Of a stretch of 64,000 bases of DNA, positions 8,917 to 16,164 are shown in pieces. The stretch's first letter is position 1. Each line of letters begins with the position of its first letter. Source of the DNA: an uncultured Rikenellaceae bacterium. Its GTDB lineage: Bacteria; Bacteroidota; Bacteroidia; Bacteroidales; VadinHA17. The position numbers were made by a program, and so were the translations under genes. The notes beneath the pieces were generated by a model that did not search any database, was not told the origin of the DNA, and saw only the letters and a list, made by a program, of their open reading frames with translations. The stretch spans positions 6,398 to 70,397 of the forward strand of contig CAZXGG010000009.1 of the NCBI GenBank assembly GCA_964640125.1. The letters are read 5' to 3'.

Positions 8917-8933
8917 AACTCAGAGCCCTGGTT

Positions 8934-9959
8934 ATGGAAACAATCAATAAATACAATATATCGGGCACGATTAAAAACATTTCTGGTTCACTGGCATTGC
9001 TTCTTCTACCCTCCCTGGCAAGCGGACAGACCGAGCAACAGGTGCTGCCGTCTGAGCTGAAAGAACAGACGGTCATTACCGAACCGGCAACCCTGAGGAA
9101 AGGTTTTTTTCGCGCTTCTTTTTTCGGATCGTATACATTAATTGATCAAGCATTCGATGAAAATGGGGAGAAAGGATATATTTTAAACACCAACGTTTGG
9201 ACACGAAGCTGGTTGTATCAACTGGAACTGGGTTACGGTATTTCAGACCGTCTGCAGGTTGTGTTGCGGCCGGTATTTGTCAATAAACAGGTTTTCGCTA
9301 CCACTGAAAACCGGTTCGGATCTGAGATAGAAACATGGTCTGCAAAACAGAGTGCTGTTGGTTTTGGCGATCTGGCTGTTGGCATTGATTACCAGATCCT
9401 TACGGAAACCGAAATCCGCCCCTCCCTGGTGGCAAAAACAACATTTACCCTGCCAACCGGACAAAAAAATCCAACCGAGATTAAAAGCTGGACAGACTAT
9501 AAGCTTCCAACAGGAGCCGGCCAATTTGTCATTGCACTTGACCTGAAACTTAGAAAGATCATCTATCCCTATTCATTCACCCTCTATGCAGGGTATGCTT
9601 ACTTTTTTGAAGGAGAGAAAATATTTCCATACTATTTCGAACCGGGTGACGAAGATTCTTTTAAGCAAACGTTTCGATTTAAAAGCGGTAACCGCGTTAA
9701 TGTTAGTGGCAGTTTTAATGTTCACCTGAACGACTGGATTGCACTTGAGAACCAGGTGTCCTTCTTTCATTGGATGGGTAATAAGATCTATGCAGAACCT
9801 GTCTATGAAGGAAACAAAGCCTGGTTCCTCATCTACATGCCTGTCCTTAATTTCCAGATCAGAAGGTTCAGGCTCTTTGAAAAAGTTTCCGTACCCGTTC
9901 TGGGTAAAAATATTGGTGCAGATCCGGATTATATCCTGGGTTTGTTGTATACATTCTAA
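8934..9959 (+). CDS. Putative outer-membrane beta-barrel, paralog 2
   Basis: 341 aa with signal peptide ...SLALLLLPSLASGQ. The C-terminus, ...YILGLLYTF, ends in an aromatic residue, as is typical of OM barrels. It shares motifs with the preceding ORF. Confidence 0.6.
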   Translation: METINKYNISGTIKNISGSLALLLLPSLASGQTEQQVLPSELKEQTVITEPATLRKGFFRASFFGSYTLIDQAFDENGEKGYILNTNVWTRSWLYQLELGYGISDRLQVVLRPVFVNKQVFATTENRFGSEIETWSAKQSAVGFGDLAVGIDYQILTETEIRPSLVAKTTFTLPTGQKNPTEIKSWTDYKLPTGAGQFVIALDLKLRKIIYPYSFTLYAGYAYFFEGEKIFPYYFEPGDEDSFKQTFRFKSGNRVNVSGSFNVHLNDWIALENQVSFFHWMGNKIYAEPVYEGNKAWFLIYMPVLNFQIRRFRLFEKVSVPVLGKNIGADPDYILGLLYTF

Positions 9960-9982
9960 TTCATTTTTGCAAGATCCGGAAC

Positions 9983-12811
9983 ATGAGAAAACCAAGCATC
10001 ATCCAAAATCGTTATCGCACCAGATGGTACCTGATAGGAATTATTGGTATTCTTCTCTCTTCCTGTACCACTCCCTCCATCATTGCTACCCGTGAACAGC
10101 AGCAGGGTGACTACTATAACAACCTGAATCAGTTCAATGAGGCAATCATACATTATGAAAAATACCTGGAGGCAAGCAAGCAGCTTGGGATCTACCGGAA
10201 TCTTGATATGGAAGCTGATGTGTGCCGAAAAGTAGCCCAGGCATACAGCACACAGGGTAATTTCTCCAGGGCAATTGAATATGTGGAAGAGTCAGTGAAA
10301 CTGGATACCATCCAGAACAATCCGCTGGAAATAATTGAAGATTACAGGATGCTGGGAAAAATCTACCTCTACAGCGGCAATTTTAACGAAGGGATCGGAT
10401 TTCTGGGAAAAGCCCTCCTGCTGAATGAGGGAATGGAAAGCAGCCTGAAAAGCATCAACCGGCTTTCTGTGGCAGATACCTACCTGTCACTTGGGCAGGC
10501 ATGTAATGCGCTCGGACGATTCCGGGAAACGGAACAACACACGGAGAACGCTCTTTCCATCTACAACGATCTGAACGACTGGCAGGGAATAATGGAAACA
10601 AATCTCATACTCGGGAATGCGATGATGCAACGGGGAGAAACCAAAAAAGCAAGAACCCTGTACCAGCAGTCGCTCGAGCTGGCTCAAATCCACGACCGGA
10701 ATGCAGCCCGGCAACTGCAGGCTATCGGAGAATCCTTTGAGGCAGAAGGAGAATATGAACAAGCCCTGAATGCAAAGCTGGAAGCACTTCAGAATGCTGA
10801 AGAGTCAAACATCATCCCCCAGATCATATGGAGTAACATTGGCGTGGGTGATGCATACTACCAGATCGGAAACCTTGAAAAAGCAAACGATTATTTCCTG
10901 CTGTCTGCACAGATACATGAGAAAGAAATAGTCCAGGCAGAAGCACTCGGAGCATCACTGGATATGAGGCTGGGCGATGTACAGCAAGCACAACAATACT
11001 TCGCCGGAGCCAACGCCCTGGTCGCAGCAGGACTGGCCAGCCTCCGCCTGGGCGAATCCCGTTTCCGGATGGGTGAGATCAATAGTAGCCTGGCAAGCTA
11101 TCAGGAAGCAATAGACTACTTCACACGCTCAGAAACCCGGGAGGGAACCGCTAAAGCCCATTTGAGGATAGGACACATACAACTTGAAGCGAAAAACCTT
11201 GCCGAGGCAAAAAGAAATCTCTTCATGGCAGCTAACCTGACAGAGCAGGAAGAAACGAAATGGCAGATCCTCTACCAGCAGGGACGGTTATTCGAAACAG
11301 AAGAAAAAATCGATTCTGCCATTAATGCATACGAGGAAGCAATCCGGATCATCGAAAACATACGGGGTAAATTTACCATCGATGAATTTAAAAGTATTTA
11401 CATCGATGATAAGATTGATGTGTACGACAGGCTGATCAACCTGCTCCTCAACCTCAACCTGAAAACGGAAGCATTTGCCTGTGCACAAAGAGCCAGGTCC
11501 CGCGCATTCCTTGACCTGATCGGAAACAAAAAAATCGATGTAAAAACAAGTGCAGATCCGGAACTGGTGGAACGGGAACAGGACCTGAGGTTCGAGATCC
11601 AGCAACTTACCAGGGCAATCATGAGGAATGACCTGAAAACAACCGGTGCGGATGCCTTACGGGGAGAAGCTAAATTTGAACTGGAAAGTGAGCTCCAACA
11701 AGCCAGGGATGAGTATTCCGATATCCTGAGCCAGCTGAAGTTAAAAAACCGGGAGTACCAATCCATGGTCGTGGTTGAACCGTCCGGCCTGGAATCCGTT
11801 CAAGCCCTGCTTGATGATAAGACAGCACTGGTGGAATACTGGTTGAGCGAGCAAAATTTAATCATCTGGGTGATCACCCGGAATGAACTTCATACCATAA
11901 CCACCGATGTTCCTGACAGTCGAATTCAACAATCGGTTGTGATGTGCCGCCGGTTCATCCAGCCCGGTTCTGGTGATGCATACAAAGACAGGTTGAAAAC
12001 ACTCTACCAGATCCTCTTCTCCCCGATCGAAGAATTGGTAAACCAGTATGATAACCTGGGGATCATCCCGCACAGGGAACTGCATATCCTTCCATTCCAG
12101 GCATTGATCGATAGCGAAGACCACTACCTGGTAGAGCGGTTCAATATTTTCTATGTTCCTTCAATCAGCGTCTATGAACAATGTGTCCGGAAGAAAGGAG
12201 CATACAATAATCAGTTTCTTGCAATGGCGCTTGGAGACATAGCTCTCGGGGACTTTTCGGGACTGCCGGGAACAATAAAAGAGGTGGAGGATATCTCCGT
12301 GCATTTTCCCGGGGGAACCATCCGGATTGAACAGCAGACCACTGAATCGTATTTAAAAAACAATGCATCCGGTTTTCAATACCTGCACCTTGCTACACAT
12401 GGCTTGTTGAATCCCGTGCAACCCATGTATTCTTACCTGCTCTTCGCCCCAACAGAAGCAGACGACGGCCAGCTGGCTGTTCATGAAGTATTCGGTTTGG
12501 ATCTGAATGCACAACTGGTAACCCTCAGTGCGTGCCAGACCGGGCTTGGAGAGATCAGCAGAGGAGATGAATTAATTGGTATGAGCAGGGCTTTCCTCTA
12601 TGCCGGAACACCCGCCGTTGTTGTTAGTCTCTGGAGCGTTGCCGACGAACCTACTGCCCTGCTGATGACCCGGTTCTACCAGTTCATGAAACAAAACAAC
12701 CTGCAGCATGCCCTTACTCTTGCCCAGCGTGATGTCCTAAAACAGTACAACAACCCCTTCTTCTGGGCACCCTTCCAGCTGATCGGATATGGAGGAGATG
12801 AAAAGTTATAA
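9983..12811 (+). CDS. TPR-CHAT (caspase-fold cysteine protease) lipoprotein
   Basis: 942 aa. The lipoprotein signal is MRKPSIIQNRYRTRWYLIGIIGILLSSC. Residues ~40-450 form a TPR array. The C-terminal CHAT domain carries a His/Cys dyad: YLHLATHG (His codon 12398-12400) and LVTLSACQTGLGE (Cys codon 12533-12535). These are followed by GMSRAFLYAGTPAVVVSLWSVAD. Confidence 0.85.
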   Translation: MRKPSIIQNRYRTRWYLIGIIGILLSSCTTPSIIATREQQQGDYYNNLNQFNEAIIHYEKYLEASKQLGIYRNLDMEADVCRKVAQAYSTQGNFSRAIEYVEESVKLDTIQNNPLEIIEDYRMLGKIYLYSGNFNEGIGFLGKALLLNEGMESSLKSINRLSVADTYLSLGQACNALGRFRETEQHTENALSIYNDLNDWQGIMETNLILGNAMMQRGETKKARTLYQQSLELAQIHDRNAARQLQAIGESFEAEGEYEQALNAKLEALQNAEESNIIPQIIWSNIGVGDAYYQIGNLEKANDYFLLSAQIHEKEIVQAEALGASLDMRLGDVQQAQQYFAGANALVAAGLASLRLGESRFRMGEINSSLASYQEAIDYFTRSETREGTAKAHLRIGHIQLEAKNLAEAKRNLFMAANLTEQEETKWQILYQQGRLFETEEKIDSAINAYEEAIRIIENIRGKFTIDEFKSIYIDDKIDVYDRLINLLLNLNLKTEAFACAQRARSRAFLDLIGNKKIDVKTSADPELVEREQDLRFEIQQLTRAIMRNDLKTTGADALRGEAKFELESELQQARDEYSDILSQLKLKNREYQSMVVVEPSGLESVQALLDDKTALVEYWLSEQNLIIWVITRNELHTITTDVPDSRIQQSVVMCRRFIQPGSGDAYKDRLKTLYQILFSPIEELVNQYDNLGIIPHRELHILPFQALIDSEDHYLVERFNIFYVPSISVYEQCVRKKGAYNNQFLAMALGDIALGDFSGLPGTIKEVEDISVHFPGGTIRIEQQTTESYLKNNASGFQYLHLATHGLLNPVQPMYSYLLFAPTEADDGQLAVHEVFGLDLNAQLVTLSACQTGLGEISRGDELIGMSRAFLYAGTPAVVVSLWSVADEPTALLMTRFYQFMKQNNLQHALTLAQRDVLKQYNNPFFWAPFQLIGYGGDEKL

Positions 12812-12901
12812 GTTAAAAGTTATTCGTTATAAGTTGATAAGAGGGAAGGGAGTGATGCACCATAGGCGTGCCTACGGCAAATGATGAATGATGAGTGCCT
12901 G

Positions 12902-12939
12902 CCACGTGAAATGCGACGAAGGAGCATATTTCACTGTGG
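12902..12939. other. Stem-loop flanked by gatgaatgatga direct repeats
   Basis: ccac-gtgaaat (12902-12912) pairs with atttcac-t-gtgg (12928-12939). That is 11 bp with a 1-nt bulge and a 15-nt loop. The word gatgaatgatga occurs on both sides. Confidence 0.5.
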
Positions 12940-13091
12940 ATGAATGATGATTGATGAGTTAGCATGGGGCTTGGGGCATGGAGCATCCGCCTTCGTTAAA
13001 ACTTCGGCGGACAAAGTAGGGCATGGGGAGGAGTACAGAGTTAAAAGAGAGGAGAAGACTTTGAGACGAAGGGACTGAAGGACAAAGAGGT

Positions 13092-13123
13092 TGAGACGGT
13101 GAGACGATGAGACTGTGAGACGA
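13092..13123. repeat. Four tandem copies of the octamer TGAGACNN
   Basis: The copies are tgagacgg, tgagacga, tgagactg and tgagacga, starting at 13092, 13100, 13108 and 13116. One further copy lies at 13062. Confidence 0.85.
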
Positions 13124-13155
13124 AAAGAATGCGTGCTGGGTGCTCGGTTCTCGGT

Positions 13156-13192
13156 CCTGCCCGCCCGACTGAACGTCGTTCGGGCGGGCGGG
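13156..13192. other. Strong GC stem-loop
   Basis: gcccgcccga (13159-13168) is perfectly complementary to tcgggcgggc (13180-13189). The stem can be extended by G-U and two C-G pairs to 13156/13192. The loop, ctgaacgtcgt, is 11 nt. Confidence 0.8.
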
Positions 13193-13271
13193 CTGGTTAC
13201 TGGGTCTCCTTCGCTACTAAAAATGTAGCTTCGGGAGTATGGTTATGCCACCTTTGGTACATTGTAAAGAA

Positions 13272-13349
13272 TACCCCAGAGGGGTATAATAATCAATAGC
13301 CCCGGGTGAGGGAACGGTAGTGACCGTAACCCGAGGCTAGTGTATACCC
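13272..13349. ncRNA. Candidate structured RNA element: nested long hairpin with a competing upstream helix
   Basis: The outer helix pairs gggtata (13282-13288) with tataccc (13343-13349). The middle helix pairs agccccgggt (13298-13307) with acccgaggct (13329-13338), with 1 mismatch. The apical helix pairs acggt with accgt around an agtg loop. The same ggggta segment can instead pair with tacccc (13272-13277). Strand and expression are unknown. Confidence 0.35.
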
Positions 13350-13455
13350 AAAAAATAATATGGTCCAACTGCATGGTAATTCTATAGGAAATTATTCCAT
13401 GGACCGAAATTCTCCAGCCGTTAAGGCAAAGGTTAATATCAATGGACTCAATAAC

Positions 13456-13478
13456 TTAATAACCACTAACCCAATAAC
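13456..13478. repeat. Second exact copy of the 23-mer ttaataaccactaacccaataac
   Basis: Identical to 2081-2103. Both copies are preceded by ggact, and this copy has a 7-nt caataac insertion between them. Confidence 0.9.
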
Positions 13479-13581
13479 TTTTCTTTAGAAGTATTTTTTA
13501 TGAAAATTTAAGTTCCATTCTGAAATGTGAAAAATGAATATAACAACCACTTTCCATTTGCATATTAAAATAGTTTATTTA

Positions 13582-13605
13582 ACTTTGTATTTCAAAGTAC
13601 TTTTA
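13582..13605 (+). promoter_or_regulatory. 24-bp conserved promoter/operator site, copy 1 (upstream of the membrane-protein/wHTH unit)
   Basis: actttgtatttcaaagtactttta is identical to 14568-14591. It contains the inverted repeat ACTTTG-n5-CAAAGT and the perfect palindrome AAAGTACTTT. It overlaps taactttg (13580-13587), which fits the Bacteroidota -7 motif TAnnTTTG. It lies 12 nt before ATG 13617. Confidence 0.6.
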
Positions 13606-13616
13606 AAACATGAAAG

Positions 13617-14249
13617 ATGGCTACAAAAGATGAACAGCTGGAAAGCCTGAATGAGATCAGATCGCTCATGGAACGCTCCACCCGGTTTATCTCGCTCAGC
13701 GGATTATCGGGCATTTTTGCCGGTGTCTTTGCGCTGATCGGTGCGGTGATTGCCTGGTGGATCCTTGGATTTGAAGCACCCGGCTATCCTGAAGGTATAG
13801 AATCAATCCCTGATCTCTCCTATAAACAACTCATGTGGTACCTGTTCCTGGATGCCACAATTGTATTGTTGCTGGCATTGGGTGCCAGTTATTATTTCTC
13901 CCACAGAAAAGCTCAAAAGAAGGGCGTTCCTTTCTGGAGTAAATCAACCAGGCGCCTAATGGCAAACCTGTTCATCCCCCTGACAGCAGGTGGCGTCTTT
14001 TGTCTGATCCTGTTCATTAACGGCAATGTGTCGATCGTGATCTCACTCTCTATGATTTTTTACGGTATTGCACTTTACAATGCCAGCAATTTCACACTGA
14101 ACGAAGTGCGTTACCTGGGTCTGGCGAATATCATTTGTGGTATCTTTGCATTACTATTCCCGTCTATCGGATTGATATTCTGGGCAATAGGGTTCGGAAT
14201 CTTTCACATTGCATACGGCTCATTCATGCACCTTAAATACGATAGATAG
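13617..14249 (+). CDS. Hypothetical multi-pass membrane protein
   Basis: 210 aa with about 5 hydrophobic helices. It sits 3 nt upstream of the wHTH regulator gene. Confidence 0.7.
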   Translation: MATKDEQLESLNEIRSLMERSTRFISLSGLSGIFAGVFALIGAVIAWWILGFEAPGYPEGIESIPDLSYKQLMWYLFLDATIVLLLALGASYYFSHRKAQKKGVPFWSKSTRRLMANLFIPLTAGGVFCLILFINGNVSIVISLSMIFYGIALYNASNFTLNEVRYLGLANIICGIFALLFPSIGLIFWAIGFGIFHIAYGSFMHLKYDR

Positions 14250-14252
14250 CGC

Positions 14253-14552
14253 ATGGAGAATCCAATTGAACACCTGGATAAAGTCTATGACAGCAGGATC
14301 CGCCTGGGAATCATGTCGGTCCTGATGGTGAACGAATGGGTGGACTTCAATTCATTCAAGGAGCTCCTTGAAACCACAGATGGAAATCTTGCCAGTCATT
14401 TGAAAGCACTGGAAAAAAGGGAATTGATCACTGTGCAAAAACAGTTCATCGGAAGGAAACCAAAAACCAGCTACAGGGCAACTGCAAAAGGGAAAATCTC
14501 CTTTCAAAACCACCTGGATGCAATGGAAAAGATCATTAAAGAACAAAAATAA
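14253..14552 (+). CDS. Small winged-helix DNA-binding transcriptional regulator
   Basis: 99 aa. The segment RIRLGIMSVLMVNEWVDFNSFKELLETTDGNLASHLKALEKRELITVQKQFIGRKPKTSYRATAKG is an ArsR/MarR-like wHTH. Confidence 0.75.
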   Translation: MENPIEHLDKVYDSRIRLGIMSVLMVNEWVDFNSFKELLETTDGNLASHLKALEKRELITVQKQFIGRKPKTSYRATAKGKISFQNHLDAMEKIIKEQK

Positions 14553-14567
14553 TTTTTTTATCTGTTC

Positions 14568-14591
14568 ACTTTGTATTTCAAAGTACTTTTA
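14568..14591 (+). promoter_or_regulatory. 24-bp conserved promoter/operator site, copy 2 (upstream of creD-like gene)
   Basis: Exact repeat of 13582-13605. It lies 16 nt after the regulator stop codon and 19 nt before ATG 14611. Confidence 0.6.
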
Positions 14592-14610
14592 TATATTAAA
14601 TTATACCACC

Positions 14611-15966
14611 ATGAACACAATCAAAGAGACAAGAGACTGGTTTGCAAACTCAATCACAGTTAAATTATCGATCACTGGCTTTATCATTCTCATGCTGCTG
14701 ATCCCTGCACAGATGATTAAGACCCTGATCACAGAGCGGGAGAATCTACGGGAGAGTGTTGAAGAGGATATCTTCTCGAAATGGGGCAACAGTCAAACCA
14801 TAGCTGGACCCATCTTATCTGTCCCCTACTACTGGTACAGTAAGGATGATAAAGAAACCATCCGACACGTGAACGTCGTTCACTTCCTGCCGGATGAACT
14901 GGTCATTACGGGAGAGGTCGCTACCGAGGTGCGTTACCGGGGGATCTATGAAGCGATCGTTTACCAGGCACGGTTAAACATCCGTGGAACCATCTCCCAT
15001 CCGGATTTTTCCACCTGGAAAATCCCGGAAAAAGAGATTCTTTGGGATGAAGCCTTTCTTTCACTTGGGATACCGGACCTGAGGGGTATCAAATCAGGAT
15101 CATCAGCCACCATTAACGGTAAACAGGTCGCGATACAACCTGGTCTGCAAAACACGGGTATGCTCCAATCGGGTATCCGAACGGATTTTCTCCTGGAGAA
15201 TGAAATCCCCTCAACAGGATATCCCTTTGAAATTCAACTGAACCTCAACGGAAGCGGATCGCTTAATTTTATCCCGGCTGGAAAAACGACCCATGTTACA
15301 CTGAGATCGGAATGGAGCCATCCCAGTTTCAACGGGGCTTTCCTGCCTGAAAGCAGGAGTATTACACCGGAGGGATTTTCTGCAGAATGGAATATCCTGG
15401 ATTTGAACCGTAATTATCCACAGCAATGGAAAGGGAGCGACTATGGATTTGACGGATCGGAGTTTGGTGTTAATTTTCTACTCCCGGTCGATCAGTATCA
15501 GAAGACATACCGTTCGGTAAAATATGCCATCATGTTTCTTTCACTCACTTTTTTGATCTTCCTTTTTGTTGAAATTCTCGGGGGAATGCGTATTCATCCG
15601 GTTCAATACCTTCTGGTGGGGCTGGCACTCCTCATTTTCTATGTTCTTCTCCTTTCGCTCTCGGAGCAGATAAGCCTGAACCTTGCCTATTTGTTCTCGA
15701 GCCTTGCGATCATCATCACGATCAGTTCGTATGCAAGAGCCATTTTTAAGAACTGGAAACAAACCCTGATCACGGCATCGTGCCTCATGGTTCTTTACGC
15801 ATTTTTATTCACTGTTCTTCAACTGCAGGATTTTGCATTGCTGCTGGGAAGCATTGGTCTGTTCCTTGCCCTGGGTATAACCATGTACCTTTCCAGGAAC
15901 ATCAACTGGTATTCCTCTTTTCTACGCAAGAGTGAGAGTACAAATCCTCAACGGATTGAGCCATGA
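14611..15966 (+). CDS. creD: Cell envelope integrity protein CreD family
   Basis: The start is moved to ATG 14611 (MNTIKETRDWFANSITVKLSITGFIILMLLIPAQMIKTLITERENLR...). It has an N-terminal TM, a large periplasmic part and about 5 C-terminal TM helices, which is typical CreD organisation. Confidence 0.8.
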   Translation: MNTIKETRDWFANSITVKLSITGFIILMLLIPAQMIKTLITERENLRESVEEDIFSKWGNSQTIAGPILSVPYYWYSKDDKETIRHVNVVHFLPDELVITGEVATEVRYRGIYEAIVYQARLNIRGTISHPDFSTWKIPEKEILWDEAFLSLGIPDLRGIKSGSSATINGKQVAIQPGLQNTGMLQSGIRTDFLLENEIPSTGYPFEIQLNLNGSGSLNFIPAGKTTHVTLRSEWSHPSFNGAFLPESRSITPEGFSAEWNILDLNRNYPQQWKGSDYGFDGSEFGVNFLLPVDQYQKTYRSVKYAIMFLSLTFLIFLFVEILGGMRIHPVQYLLVGLALLIFYVLLLSLSEQISLNLAYLFSSLAIIITISSYARAIFKNWKQTLITASCLMVLYAFLFTVLQLQDFALLLGSIGLFLALGITMYLSRNINWYSSFLRKSESTNPQRIEP

Positions 15967-16164
15967 AGAACAATCATGGAAATGACACGATCCAGAGCAC
16001 GTGGAGATCTTACTATCCGGTTTCCGTGTATCACCATCTTATGTTCTTCAGCACCTTGAATAAAAAAGCCAGGAAAGAGAGCCTCTGTCGGAAACTATTT
16101 TACTTAATTTCGTTTGTCTTATTTTACAAAGACCCATTTTCTTTTAACCAATAAACGTACTGAA

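Larger units (their letters stand above)
12812..13560. other. ORF-free, hairpin-dense, word-repeat non-coding island
   Basis: No ORF of 60 aa or more is listed in any frame across the 12812-13616 gap. The region is made of short repeated words (aagtta, gatgaatgatga, gcatgggg, tgagacnn) alternating with at least 6 distinct stem-loops. The central part is visibly more GC-rich than the flanking genes. Confidence 0.7.

Noticed and set aside
7852-12811. Possibility that the CHAT protease plus neighbouring ~350-aa proteins form a gasdermin-type or other abortive-infection defence pair.
   Set aside because: The protease has a lipoprotein signal. The neighbouring proteins have signal peptides and OM-barrel C-termini. 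There is no NTPase/NACHT, CRISPR or nuclease component. An extracytoplasmic location is incompatible with known gasdermin activation logic.
12885-12960. TGATGAG ... GAAA strings considered as a hammerhead ribozyme core.
   Set aside because: The conserved C of CUGAUGA is absent in both copies (ATGATGA and TTGATGA). The required three-helix junction cannot be drawn.
12860-13130. Repetitive words (gatgaatgatga, gcatgggg, TGAGACNN) considered as a degenerate CRISPR array.
   Set aside because: The repeat units are only 7-12 nt and irregularly spaced, and there are no 25-40-nt repeat and spacer units. No cas genes are in the window.
15963-16154. 63-aa ORF whose start overlaps the creD stop (ATGA), suggesting translational coupling.
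   Set aside because: The product has no hydrophobic or recognisable features. The ORF fills what is otherwise the promoter region of the M28 peptidase gene. It is probably spurious, and only conservation analysis could rescue it.
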